Shown here: positions 13,853-26,663 of the stretch, piece after piece
How the letters are laid out: each line of letters opens with the position of its first letter
Numbering within the stretch: position 1 is the first letter of the stretch
Assembly: GCA_002633005.1 (NCBI GenBank)
Contig: NMRA01000107.1
Span: 897,426 to 961,425 of the forward strand
Direction: 5' to 3'
From: Phoronis australis
Taxonomy: Eukaryota; Animalia; Phoronida
DNA: 64,000 bases
The notes under the pieces: model-generated
Database searches by the model: none
Seen by the model: the letters and a program-made list of their open reading frames with translations, nothing else
What the model was told of the DNA's origin: nothing
Made by a program: the position numbers and the translations under genes

Positions 13853-14220
13853 TACCGAGGTTTTCCGTAGATAAGCCTACCAGTTGAAAACGCCCATGGG
13901 CGTTTATTTGGTGACAAGTGTCCAGACAGTGGGACATTCATTTGGAAGTGTTCCTCCTAATAGCCTACTCAACGTCAAACTTTTTATCACAAATTCAGTT
14001 TTGTGGAGCATATATCATTTATAAAAACGGACATGGCGTTGGCGAACTATGCATTTATTAACAAAAAAAGTAAAAGGCAGTTTTTAGTAAAATAGTGTCA
14101 AGTCAAGCAAAACTACGGCTTTGCCCTTTCCGAATAAACGCCCAGGCGTTTATTTGGTGTTGCTAAAATTTTCATTTTCAGAATACACGCCCATGAGCTT
14201 ATCTACGGAAATTCCCGGTA
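13853..14220. mobile_element. Tc1/mariner (pogo/Tigger-like) MITE with TA target site duplication
   Basis: Left TA-CCGAGGTTTTCCGTAGATAAGC; right GCTTATCTACGGAATTCCCGG-TA (reverse complement TACCGGGAATTCCGTAGATAAGC); subterminal aaacgcccatgggcgtttatt palindromes. Confidence 0.75.
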
Positions 14221-15200
14221 GCACTTCAAAGACAAAGTCAAGTTTCCAGTACACCAAGTTAGTGTCGTGCGATACAATTAAACCAATTCACAGCAGTAAA
14301 TCCTCTTAAATGGTTTTCACGTCACTTTTCATTATTTGTGAGTCCAGTGACCGTAAACATTTAAGGTGGCGCTGATCAGGGGATCTAGCTTGTTAGTAAT
14401 CCATTCATTCAACTGTAGGCATATTGTTGTGGCACCGCTCTGAGTATGAATGGGATTCACCTACCTAAATTGCCGATAATTGAATCATCTGATTGTGCAT
14501 CACAAGACCACGTGAAGGACGAATCAACCAGTATTGGCGAAAACGTTTGGTTCAATATGTGGCGGGGTAAGTGGAAGAAAGAGTTGTGTTTTCGAAAGAT
14601 CTCAACAACAGAGGATAAATGTGTAGAACAAAGACCTGATTGGCGGCATTCAAAGGACGCGACTGCTTCATTGTGGGCTTTTGGGGATAGACTTTTGTTA
14701 AAGATCTCGCAGGTTTTGGGAGTACATTTTGACCAGTATTCCAGTATACAATAATGTACAATATTTTGATATCAAAATGACATCGCTGATAATGTTTTTG
14801 ACTAGTAATGGAATGAACATACATGTATATAGACAGAATATTAACAGTGTTTTATGAAAATAAGTCTTAACTCGATTCTCGTTTTTAGCCAGTTTAACCA
14901 GGCAAAATTCAACTTGAAACGTCAGAGTAGCGACTGCTATTAGGTTAGTTAACTCACTGACTTCTTAAATAACAAGGTCTGTACAGTCGGGAACTTGGCT
15001 GTATTTTCGGTGTGCATGCTGGAAGGTGGAACAAGACTATACTGTAATTGGCCAAATAGTAGCAGTATTGGTCCGAAACACAATTTCTGCCTCTCAACTT
15101 TCAAAAACAACTGTTACACATCACTGACATTTTCTCAGCTTACAACCTTGCAAGCTATTAGGGCGTGACCATGCCCAAAAATTAGCAGTTTCTGGCTCAC

Positions 15201-15317
15201 CTTTAAACTCGCACCACTTGCCAAAGAAGCCAGGGTTGCACTTGCACTCGCATGTTTGGAAGTTGTACGTGCCTCTATCATTGCTGCATTCTACCTCACC
15301 TGGGGTTATGTTGCAAC
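15201..15317 (-). CDS. EGF-like exon, copy a (CNITPGEVECSNDRGTYNFQTCECKCNPGFFGKWCEFK)
   Basis: Same acceptor; donor AAG|GTGAGC; 7 nt and 4 aa differences from copy b; all Cys kept. Confidence 0.85.
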
Positions 15318-15901
15318 CTGTAAATGAGGACGTATTCCACAATTCAGCTCTGGAGTCTGCAAAATCCCGGTAAATATCACTCCTTTCGCTCCGTTATGAG
15401 CCAAACTTATTCACGTGAGATACTTTGTGCCAATCAATATGGTCTTTGTGACACTAAGTCCTAAGAAAGACACGTGGTTGAATTTACTACCGAACTTGAC
15501 AACCTCCAAAGGTGAACAGACCTACATGTATGTGGTGAATATCATTTTCTCGCTGTATTAGACTTTAGCAGGGCATTTTGTTAAGCTTCTTACAACTACC
15601 CCCCTAAAATGTCCTGGCTTATTCACATTGACAATATTGCAAAGAAAACAAGTCCGTTGTTTAACCTCTTGAGGCGGATCCTGAGTTGAAGCTACTTAAA
15701 CTTTAAGGTCTAACCTACAACAATGCTGAGGCCATTGTTGAATTTGTTCCATCCATCTTTGGCCGGGTGTATTCAACAATCCCAATAGGGGCTCAGCCAT
15801 GCATCCTTACACCGATTGGCCTTATGATATTTTATCTTAACTGCCACGCAAAGTTTTAGCTTTGGAAGATGTTGGGTGTAAAATACATGTTGAACTCTTA
15901 A

Positions 15902-16417
15902 GAGTGAAGTACGGCTCACAGCAGGCAAAAATGCCCAGAGGGGTGATAAACCCAATGTCACCGAATTGAACCATACTATGCATTTTAGTTACCTTTGGGA
16001 TGATAAACAAAACAGTAAAGTCCAATCTCATTTTACCTTGTTTAAGGGGGAGAAATCAGGGAGCCTCTATTTTGGGGGTATGCCATGCAATGAACTCGCC
16101 GAAAATGCCTTATTTGCACTGCACAATAAAAAATATCGGCGCACGAGATCATTATCTGTTTGTAATTTTTAAATAAAGCAAGTCTTTGGCTTTACAAAGA
16201 TGTTAAGCAATACTCATTAACTCTGCCGCTAAGTTAAAAATTTCATGCATAAAGTTTAGAGGGGTCAGAGGTTAACAAGGCATTGCAATTTCGCCACACT
16301 TTGAGCCCGTATATCTCAGCTGGCACAACACTGACCAACACCAGACTTTTACACAAGACGTTTCTATCTTATTGCTGTTGATTAGTACAATAAAATTTTC
16401 TGGCGCTGAACATTTTT
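15902..16417. mobile_element. Insertion starting TTAA|GAG present in only one copy (Sola3-like terminus; truncated by the scaffold join)
   Basis: Copy 1 reads gaactcTTAAgagtgaag; copy 2 reads gaactcTTAAtattattg. TTAA target plus a 5'-GAG end is characteristic of Sola3. Confidence 0.5.
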
Positions 16418-16659
16418 NCTTCTTAAATAACAAGGTCTGTACAGTCGGGAACTTGGCTGTATTTTCGGTGTGCATGCTGGAAGGTGGAACAAGACTATAC
16501 TGTAATTGGCCAAATAGTAGCAGTATTGGTCCGAAACACAATTCCTGCCTCTCAACTTTCAAAAGCAACTGTTACACATCACTGACGCTTTCTCAGCTAG
16601 CAACCTTGCAAGCTATTGGGGTGTGACGCATACCCAAAAATTAGCAGTTTCTGACTCAC

Positions 16660-16776
16660 CTTTAAACTCGCACCACTTGCCAAAAAAGCCAACGTTGCAC
16701 TTGCACTCGCATGTTTGGAAGTTGTACGTGCCTCTATCATTGCTGCACTTTTCCTCACCTGGGGTTGTGTTGCAAC
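16660..16776 (-). CDS. EGF-like exon, copy b (CNTTPGEEKCSNDRGTYNFQTCECKCNVGFFGKWCEFK)
   Basis: Acceptor cctcatttacag|GT, donor AAG|GTGAGT; 117 nt, phase 1->1; six Cys including a C.C..GF.G..CE EGF signature. Confidence 0.88.
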
Positions 16777-17059
16777 CTGTAAATGAGGACGTATTCCACA
16801 AGTCAGCTCTGGAGTCTGCAAAATCCCGGAAAATATCACTCCTTTCGCTCCGTTATGAGTCAAACTGATTCACGTGAGATACTTTGTGCCAATCAATATG
16901 GTCTTTGTGACACTAAGTCCTAAGAAAGACAGGTGGTTGAATTTACTTCCGAACTTGACAACCTCCAAAGGTGAACAGACCTACATGTATGTGGTGAATA
17001 TCATTATCTCGCTGTATTAGACTAGCAGGGCATTTTGTTAAGCTTCTTACAACTACCCC

Positions 17060-17230
17060 CCCTAAAATGTCCTGGTTTATTCACATTGACAATATTGCAA
17101 AGAAAACAAGTCCGTTTTTTAACCTCTTGAGGCAGATCCTGAGTTGAAGCTACTTAAACTTTAAGGTCTAACCCACAACAATGCTGAGGCCATTGTTGAA
17201 TTTGTTCCATCTATCTTTGGCCGGGTGTAT
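17060..17230 (+). mobile_element. Degenerate CR1/L2-type LINE ORF2 fragment (also at ~15605-15770)
   Basis: Broken translation W.IHIDNIAKKTS..FNLLR...LKL....TMLRPLL resembles the post-RT region of CR1/L2 LINEs. Confidence 0.45.
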
Positions 17231-18334
17231 TCAACAATCCCAGTAGGGGCTCAGCCATGCATCCTTACACCGATTGGCCTAATGATATTTTATCTTAACT
17301 GCCACGCAATGTTTTAGCTTTGGAAGATGTTGGGTGTAAAATACATGTTGAACTCTTAATATTATTGAAAATTAATAGGATGGGAACCAATTCATTAGAC
17401 TAATGGCGTTGCATGAAAAAGTCCCTGATTATTTACATTACAATCACTACAGAAGAACGTGCTGGAAAGATCAACATCAGTGAATCAGAATCAACAGAAT
17501 CAACAAATGCACCAGGAATTTAGGAAATATATTTCAATTCATGTTGGAACAGTTTCATGCAATCGGCCACTGGTCTCTGTGCACTTAACATGGCGCATTC
17601 AAGGAGTCACTAGGAAGATTCTTCGGAACTTTCGACTTTTTCCTCCAGCTCGCATTGCTGTGTGGCGACAGTTATACCTTCGTGACTTTCAGGAATATCC
17701 ACATCTTCAAGGTAATTCATATCTTTTTACTACTATGGCACATGCGGTTGCCGGAAAGTGTTAACTTGTGCAAGTGTCATCTACTCTTTAAAATTCATTT
17801 TATTTCAGTTTTGCACAAATACATTATCAACTTCAGTGAACAAGTTTTAGACCAGCTACTCCATTATTACATATAGCTTTTTAAGCAGCAGAGTCGCCTA
17901 ATAAGCGTGAATAGTTCAAAGGTTGCGCGGTGCAAACATAAATTTTGAGCTCTATGCTTGATGTCAACGGTTAGCACACTAAAGCAATGTGCAATTCCAT
18001 ATGGTGGGGTCATTCGGTGTTTATTGGGTCATCAAGTGCAGCTTTCGTAGGAATTTCGACTCTTCTGTGTTGTCAGCTAGACTTCAGTCATTCTGAGCTC
18101 TATGGGAAGCCTTCATGTAAATCACTTCAATCTATGATTTGCAATGTCAAATGGTTCAAGGGTTATTTGGTATTATTTCTCCCACAGGTTTGAACATACA
18201 TTTTCAACTTCTTTGCATTGGCCTCATACATGTCAGAATCTTAAATGGATGTCACCTAACTACTTAGGTGTACACGTTACTTCTGTCGACACCTTGTGGT
18301 CAAATTGTAAAATTATTCCAAGAAATAGTTGGTG

Positions 18335-18556
18335 AGTTGGCTGCCCTGGTGGTAAAATACTAAAGCTATCCAAAGGGAGAGTCAGTGATTGTTAATTATT
18401 AAAGCTTTCCAAAGGTACAAATAGCTGGTTAGTTGGTTGCCACCCAACATCCAATAGCTGCCCCACCTGGTGGACAACTATTAATGCTATCCAAAGAGAT
18501 AGATAGCTGGTTAGTTGGTTGACATCCAACATCCAATAGCTGCCCCACCTTGTTGT
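18335..18556 (-). repeat. Minisatellite array (~75-bp unit), inverted relative to 22362-22852
   Basis: About 3 units of tagctggttagttggttg.catccaacatccaatagctgccccacctggtgg, the reverse complement of the 22.4-kb unit. Confidence 0.8.
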
Positions 18557-19409
18557 GAAGCGGCAAGACGGTGCAATAGGAGACAGCAAATGAGGTGGAG
18601 TTTGGATGATGTCTCGGCCACAACAGGGGGCAATTACAAATAGTCAGTGCAACTGAAATTGTCCTAGATTCCAAATCTTCAATTTGGCTATCACCATATT
18701 TGCATTTTAGTGTATACATGTACTTTATGGCTTGAGTGTTAATAAAAACTAACCTTAAACTAATGACACGTGTAGCTTGTTTGCTGTGAAATGCTTATTG
18801 TAGCTGTAATCTGGAAAGTTCGTTGATAATAAACTGAACTAATTAAGTTTCGCTGGCAATCAAACTCTACCACTGTTTTGGTTATTCAAGCTTAAAAATA
18901 AAATAAAATAAAAAGTTATCAACTAAACCGTTCCCGATAAGAAAAAAGGAGACAGGGATATTAAAAATGAAACAACAAAAATTGGTTTGAAACATATTTA
19001 TAACCATCGTTCCTTTGGGAATAGGCCAATTATAAAGTTAAAACAAATTAACGTTAATCGCTTTGTAATATTTAATATAACAAGATAAAACTACTCTCCA
19101 CAGTTGCAATCCTTAAACAGTCTCAGCTGCAACTCCACTATTGCCAGAGGAAACCAACTTGGGTAAAATAACAAGTATCATTGTTGAAACAACAGTGCTA
19201 GATATTATCTTTCTACTTCATTAGCTCAGATCTACATCAATACAAAGAGCGAGCTGAATAGCCATCATCAAATTTGTCCGGGCCGGGGCTTAGGGAATCT
19301 GAAAGGTGACCAGTGTAAGCGAGAAATTCTTCACATGAAGTCATCAACTGTAGCAGCCAAGGGCTGCTTTTCACCTTAAAATCATTTGAAAATGGAAATA
19401 GTCAGGTTC

Positions 19410-22140
19410 ATTATGTCCAAATTTTGACATTCGTTGGAATTTTTTTGGGAAAGTGGAAACCATACATTTCCGTAAACCTCATGGAATGACGAATCAGAAA
19501 ATAATTGATTCCATTTTTATCGGTGGTCATCTTGGCGGTCATCTTGGATGGCGCCGGTAAAATGGAATTTGCCCAATATATCCGCACTTGGGTCACTGAG
19601 AATGTTAGTTTTTATGGCTACACCTGCAGCTCTGTAGTCAATGAATTAGAAATTTTAATTTTATTGGTGGCCATCTTAAAAATTCACAAATGGCGCCCGT
19701 AAAATATATGTTGCTCAATATTTCTGCTCTTGGGTCACTTAGAATGTTAGGTTTAATGGCTGCACCCACATTTTGTGGGGTAAGGAATTGAAAAACACTA
19801 TTTCTAAAATAATACATATAATCTAAATGATTTTAATAGCAGATGCGAACCACCAGGATATTTAAAGGAATCACTGAAACGCAGATTAACCTACATGTAT
19901 ATTTGCAGTGTATATCTATATCTTTTTGGAAAGACATTTGAGACATATCTTTTGAATATTTAGTTATTATTTCCACTGCTCACTTTGGAATCCAGTTCTC
20001 CTCTACTCAATGGAAATGGATTTTGCCTTTGACAGTCGGATGGAAGATAAGCTTGGCAGCAAGCAGGCTGAGGATCAATGACGAGAACAACAGGAGTTGT
20101 AGCCTGCTTGGCAAATCTACCAGAAACATGCTATCAGCCACTGTGACTATGAATTCACCCTAATACCAAGAGCAATCTTTGCTGCCAGTGGGGCAATGCT
20201 GTCATGCACAGACAAATCGAATAGAGTCCACCTTCTGCAGAAACTTTCCGAAGCAGGCGTCTTAGAACAGGACAGTCATCAAGCTGCAAGAGATGTTTTA
20301 GTCCCAGAAAACATGTAAACAACATCCAATGAGTGTGTTCACCCAAGCCACAAAACTGCACGTGTGGATAGTATGGAAGTGATTTTCTTAACTAGAGATT
20401 ATGACGATATCATTCTGGTTTTTGACACTCACAACGACAACTCTTTGAAACAAGCCACAAGAGAAAAAAGGAGGCAGAGAAAGGGTCAAGTACAGTCTGT
20501 ACCGGATAAGAGATGAGACATACAAAAAGAACATCCCAATGAGCCGTTTTCTCTCCCATGACCAAAAAAGGCTCAAGTTACTGAATATCTGTCTGCAAAG
20601 ACACTTGAATATAATAAACCTCTGCCAAGATAGCCATTACTTCAGCTTCAGGATGCACAAAGAGCAACCGACGTGATCTACGCTTAGAAGAAAACGATCA
20701 CAAAAAAGCAGATTTATTGCTAATACACTGTACATGCAGTTCTGGCATCACATCAAAAGGTCCCTGGTTCTCAGCTGATGTTTTCTTCTCACCCGACATA
20801 GATTTACTGGAACTCGTCATTGCCTATTATGACAGGCTTCTCAGAAATACTTCAGTCCCCGTGACATATGAGATTGTGGACGAGAATCCAGTATGGACAA
20901 CATTATGTGCTGTACGGGCAAATAGCTCATCCTGCTTTCCATGCTTTTACATGTACAGACAACACTGGTCCATTCTGTAGGTTGAATATATATTTGAAGG
21001 CAAACACCGATGATATCACTGCACAGCAGACTTTTTGTACTGCTTATGAAGTAACAGGTAAACCTCTTCTCACATTAGCCCCTTTTACATGTGCATACTC
21101 ACCACAGGGTATAGACACAAACAGCATCTCAGAGCTGAGATGGTACCTCGTCTGTAAACATATGACTGACAGCGACAAACGTCCACCAACCATTGGTGCT
21201 TTGAAACAGCATGTGATGAGGGTGTTTGTTTAAGCCTCAGTGTGGGGCCAGGCAGCCATTGCTCGACATTAGTTATTTGATCCATTGCAGAATGAAATTA
21301 CAAGGACAAAGATGACCAGCTGAAACACTCACAACTCAGGAGCTTAAGGCGCTAGAGGCTACCATTGAGATGGTTAGATGCCAGTGCAAAAACAATTCCT
21401 CACCCCAAAGATGCTCTTGCCGATCAAAGGACTTATCTTACATAGATCTATGTCAGTAATGTGCAGAATGTCAGAATGGTGATGATGATGTCATTCCTGG
21501 TGGCAGTGATGGCTATAGTAATGATCTATAGACTGAATTCAAAGTTTTGAAAGACTATTGACTCTACAAAAAACATACATTCATGTTCTTCAAACGTAAA
21601 TAAGTTGTTTAGGTACTGGTTTAGTTTTAAGTGTCTTGAAGGAAACAAGCTCCGAACAAAATGTACAAGAAAGTAAGATAGTGATCATGTGTCGGATTAC
21701 ATGGAGAATGCATTTAGAAAATGTGGCTGCTAATACATGGGGTTTTGATTATGTTTCTCATTTAATTAGTTGCATTTTCAGATTTCTTGCCCACAAAAAT
21801 TGTGGGTGCAGCCATTAAAACTAACATTCTAAGTGACCCAAGAGTAAAGATACTGAGGAAACTGAATTTTATGGGCGCCATTTCTAAAAATCCAAGATGG
21901 CCGCCAAGATGGCGCCCAAAAATTAACATTTCCAATTCCTTGACCTGAGAAATGCAGATGTAGCCATAAAAACCAACATTCTAAGTGACCCAAAAATGAA
22001 GATATTGGGAAAAGTCCATTTTACCGGCGCCATTTTTGAAAATGCAAGATGGCCGTCAAGATGGCCGCCAAAAATGGAATCAATTATTTTCTGATTTGTC
22101 ATTTCATGAGGTTTCCAAAAATGTATAGTTTTAAAAACAT
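19410..22140 (+). mobile_element. Academ-like DNA transposon relic with long terminal inverted repeats and a decayed XPG/FEN-like nuclease plus Cys-rich C-terminus
   Basis: Inverted repeats ~19450-19800 vs ~21785-22135 (e.g. aaacctcatggaatgacgaatcagaaaataattgattccatttt). Broken + frames give YEFTLIPRAIFAASGAMLSCTDKS, EENDHKKADLLLIH (HEEAD-like), FSPDIDLL, PAFHAFTCTDNT (GCD-like), PPTIGALKQHVMR..*ASVW and RCQCK...RCSC...DLCQ*CAECQN. Confidence 0.75.
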
Positions 22141-22361
22141 TTTGCATTTGATGGTGATTTTATTTTGGTTTTCGAACTGTTTCACTTTCAAAACTTTTTT
22201 AATTGTTTTGCGAACATGTGTTACTTTCAGAATTTTCCATTTTAAATACAAAATATTTTCCAAATTTTTTTTCTAAGATTTTCTTTTGGAACATGTTTTA
22301 CTTTTCAAATAAATTACTTTTTTTAAATATTTTGTTTTCTCAGCAATTAAATTAAAATTTG

Positions 22362-22852
22362 CTGTTGGATGTTGGATGTTGACCAACTTACCAACTATAT
22401 GTCCCTTTGTATAGCTTCATGACTTGACCACCAGGTAGGGCACCTATTTTGAATGTCAACCAACTAACTACATCTTAGCTGTATCTTCCAGTGATTGTTT
22501 GACCACCAGGTGTAGCAGCTATTGGATGTTGAATCTCAACGAACTAACTACATCTTAGCTGTATCTGCCAGTGATCGTTTGACCACCAGGTGGAGCAGCT
22601 ATTGGATGTTGGATGTCAACCAACTAACCAACTATCTCTATCTGTCCCTTTGTATAGCTTCAAGATTTGACCACCACGTGGGGCAGCTATTGGATGTTGG
22701 ATGTCATCCAACTAACTACATCTTAGCTGTATATGCCAGTGATTGTTTGACCACTACATGGAGCAGGTATTGGATGTTGGATGGTCAACCAACTAACCAA
22801 CTATCTATCCCTTTATAGCTTTACGAAGCCATGCTGGATGTCCACCTACCAC
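22362..22852 (+). repeat. Minisatellite array, ~6 units of ~70-85 bp with two interspersed spacer types
   Basis: Recurrent accaccaggtggagcagctattggatgttggatgtcaaccaactaac followed by either tacatcttagctgtatctgccagtgattgtttg or caactatc..tccctttgtatagcttc. Confidence 0.85.
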
Positions 22853-23467
22853 AAGGTGACGTGTGTCCGTTGGTTGTCACGTGACTAGTTGATTGACATC
22901 CATGTAAGATTCTGACATAGCTCACTAGCGTAAGGCAAAGTTCCAATTGACACAGTAAGAAATTTTTTCCAGTAAGGAATTAGTTTTCTAGTGAGAGACA
23001 AACTCTTTCAATAAAATACTTTAACTCAACGGATACAAACTTAAATGCTGAACTAGATACACAACGTTGGACTTAACGATAAATTCCATGTGATCACAAT
23101 CCAATCCCTTAATTGAAGACGTTTGTTGCACTAATTGGGCCATCAGTTGCACTTTTCCTTAAATTTTAATTCTTCACACAACTTGCAATAATTTGTGCCA
23201 CTAATAAGATATGTGCAGCCTTCTTCTATTGATTTATCGTAAGTGTATACTTACGGTCTGTGATTCAGAGGAAGAGGTCATTTTGTCGGGGCATGTGGAT
23301 TGTTTTCTGTTGTCCCTAAGATTAAGAAGCAAGACCTTTTCAAATCCGTAAAAAGCAGAATATGTTATAGAAGTTGTGCACATGGCTCACTATCAAGCGA
23401 AGAGTACGTTATTGCCAAGGTAATGACCTAGATGAAATTTCTATCACCCCTACATAATCATACAAAC

Positions 23468-23502
23468 CTGGGCCATATGGTCGGGAGCACTCACGATTGT
23501 AA
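23468..23502 (-). CDS. Candidate 35-nt linker exon 5 ((S)YNRECSRPYGP(G))
   Basis: Strong acceptor ttattattttcattccag|T and donor CAG|GTTTGT. Its phase 2->1 is exactly what is needed between exon 4 and the EGF exon, and it has an RPY..G-like motif typical just after CAP domains. Alternatives exist, e.g. a phase-2 acceptor just upstream of the EGF exon. Confidence 0.5.
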
Positions 23503-25443
23503 CTGGAATGAAAATAATAACGCTGAATACGTGAATTTGCCATCATAACTTTCATAATAATAAAAATAATTCAAAGGGCCATGCCGAAGCCCATACTTCA
23601 AAAATTATGAAATTAACAGATTAGGAAAGTTTTACAACGTCGACAATTTTCGTGAGAAAATCGAATAGTATTACAGTCAGAAAAATTGTGTTATTAAATA
23701 ACTACCAACGCTGGTTAACTATAAACACAACGAATACCATTTTTTCGATCATGATTAAGAAACGAATCATTAAATGTGAAGCAAGTTTCAGGGATCAATT
23801 GTATCAGGTTCACTAGGTAACGTAAGTATTTTTCATGGGGGTAATCTTAACAGCTTAGTGAAGTCAATTTTTGCATAGAATTCTAGCCCTAGAATGATAA
23901 CTCCGATCGCGGGACCGCTGAAGTTGCGCCACGCATGCGTGAGAGTTATTTACATTCCTTTGTTCTCGCGTGTGTATTTGCTATGAAATTTACTGTCATT
24001 AAAATTTTTGAAACTCAGAAGATCAATTATTAATAAATTATAGTAAATACATAGACGCTGAGGTTGACCGGTAGTAATTTCTATTTCTCAGTTAAGCTAT
24101 TAAATAAGGACATAATTTCAATGATTTAAAAATGTCTAACCTTTAAACACAAGCCTTGAAGTTCTCTTTGTTACAAAAGGCGGAGTAAATGCCGTATATT
24201 AGATTGTTTTTCAGTGCAAATTGTCCCTATTTTGGGTTTAGTAAAGTTGAGGTCCGCTGTCGATTATTTTATCCCCGTTTGCAGGCTGGTAACAGACGCT
24301 GCTCCAGTGGCACACCCGGCGTATACTTGCCTGGGTTCCTGAATGAATTGTACTTCCGGTTTCGCGGTTAGTTCAATACGGTGGTGTGATCTTCGGCTCA
24401 GTGAGTGACGCGTTTCTTTAAACTTTCTTCGACTACGGAATGTGTATTGTTTATGGGATAAGTATTGCATGGCTCCTTAGAATGTCTTCTAACCATTGAA
24501 TAAAACGTGTGCTTCTAGGCCTTTAACTCAACGACTCGAAAGTTTTGCGAAGCGGGTACTCAAGCCAAAATGTTATTCAGCGCGCAATGAATAGCTACTG
24601 TAAATGAGTTATTTAATTAACGGTTGCATTAGAAATGCCAGGCTGATGATGTGGTATAAACACCTTCATACGTTTGAACTGATTGGACATTTGGTGCCGC
24701 TTGATGATACAGGTTTTCAGTAAAAATTCAAATTGCAGTGACATTTATGAAAATGCAATAATCTACTCCTAGTATTTGTTAAAAATTTGCAGGTTTTCTG
24801 AAAGATAAACATGGACAAACATCCACTATGTAGCTTTGAAAGAAGCCGTGTGGACACCTCATCACATTGGTTGCAGTGCAGCACATTTCACAAAAGTTTA
24901 GAAATAAACATTTTTCTTCGAAAAGCACAAGTTAGTGATCCTGATACATGTAGTTTGTGTTACTAAAGAATGTGGAACCTGGGCAATAACATATTCATCA
25001 AAAGAAACAATACTATTTTGCGCATTTGTTGCCCAGTTCTCACGGTCGAAATTCTAGAACGAAAAAACTGAACGACTGGATTGAAAAGCGGCACTTCATG
25101 ATGAAAAGCGGGACATCTGGGTCTAAGCAAAAACGTAAGGGTGAAATGTTCGCTGTAACACACAAAGACTAAAAGTTGTCTGGGGATTAGGGAATCAGAG
25201 CGGTCACCATTGTAAGCGAGAAATTCTCCACATGAACGTTTTGATATCTGCTAGCAAAATTTGAAAAACTGTCACCAACTAAAGCTTCAACAATATGTTA
25301 AAGTAATGGATCCTCAAACCACATGCCATTCTCCTCTGAATTTCTGCCATTCTTCGTCATTGCGGTCGTGCGGTTCACTGCAACCGCTTATTACGACCGT
25401 CTGTCTCGATAACGTGACAAAGGCTACGTAAAATGAAACCTAC

Positions 25444-25601
25444 CTGTGGGGATCACCAAAAGAGGGGTAGTAATTACACACGAAGAAGAACTGGTTGTCA
25501 ATTACTCTGCTGAATGTTTTACTGACGCTATCGTAGCCTCCATAAGCTTTTTCGCAAATCTTATAACCACATCCAACTTTGTGCGTCTTCTGCCATGCCA
25601 T
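25444..25601 (-). CDS. CAP gene exon 4, copy b (same peptide; probably the other haplotype)
   Basis: Same splice sites as copy a; 3 nucleotide differences, all synonymous (AAC/AAT, GAC/GAT, AGT/AGC). Confidence 0.85.
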
Positions 25602-26663
25602 CTATGGGGATAAAAACGATGTTTTCAGTCGAGAATGAGCTCATTGTCAATGCCGTATAAAGGTCTGGGTGCAATGCTCCTACGCAACAGAGCGGGATAG
25701 CGATTACGACACTGCTACGTACAATATTGTCGGGAATATAACAGAAAAACGTTTAAACCGCTGTACAACCATGCAATTTAGTTGTTAATTTTGGAATGAG
25801 TACGAGCCGAGTGGAATTCAAAATTATGGCCACGTTTCAACATGGCCGCCATCAGCATCATGACCTCTCATTTTGGGATGTCCTTTCACTTGGTATAAAA
25901 TCAATTATGTACGTGTTTATTCCGTCCCCTACAGCCCTGTTAACTGGGAGTCCGTTTCTAACAATAGAAAGCCTACTAGTATGCCAAATTCTTAATTTAA
26001 AAATCATTATTCTTGATTTTTTTCAGAGAATCAACTCACGGAAGAGATTAATAAAGAATACATTGCCCTTCGTCCTGCATACTTATTCAGATTGCGTTCT
26101 GCTTGCACTAAACTGTTTTATCGAATACTTCAAACACCTGGACCTGCTGTATAGGTCGAACTGTTGAAAACTCCTCGCAACGGGGAACACTTTTGAAGAG
26201 ATAGTGCGTTAACTATCTCCTGATTGCTTCTATACCCAATAGCGTCAGCGTACCAGTGTCTAAGTCCATATGCATCCTGTCTGATATGCTTGATGAGTTG
26301 AACAAAGTTAACAAAATTTCACGGTAGGTATACATTCGACTGCCTGGCAAAAAATTTCCATCTATACAACACAAACAACTTATTAGCAATACTACATTGG
26401 TCATACACAGGCTTCTACAATGGCTTTATGTTATGGGTTTCGACTTAACATCTCTAAAGAAGCAGCTTCCATAACACTTCGGCAGTTTCCGGCTACACGT
26501 CGTATGTCTGCCAGGCTGGACTCCCTTTTCTGCGAATGATGTCACTACATCGCATCTTCTAAACAAGTGCGACAACAAAATCTCACGGAGGCTAATAGTA
26601 TATTAATCATGTGTCAATATTTTATTTACCTGTGTGCTTCAGGTACAAAAGTACACCCACCTN

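Larger units (their letters stand above)
14961..17359. repeat. ~0.94-kb duplication containing the EGF exon (14961-15901 and 16419-17359), with n at 16418
   Basis: Near-identical blocks; copy 2 begins immediately after the single n. Confidence 0.85.

Noticed and set aside
22362-22852. Repeat-spacer appearance suggesting a CRISPR-like array
   Set aside because: The 'spacers' are just two recurring variants, the repeats are degenerate, the context is a eukaryotic intron and there are no cas-like genes; it is a minisatellite.
23255-23315. 61-nt exon-like segment (cttag|GGAC...ACC|GTAAGT; DNRKQSTCPDKMTSSSESQT)
   Set aside because: It is open only as phase 2->0, which does not connect to the phase-1 EGF exon and gives a stop after candidate exon 5. 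Left out of the model but not excluded without RNA data.
25796-26167. 123-aa ORF repeated at 30499-30825
   Set aside because: Conservation only reflects the duplicated block; it is antisense and intronic, stops differ and no domain is recognisable.
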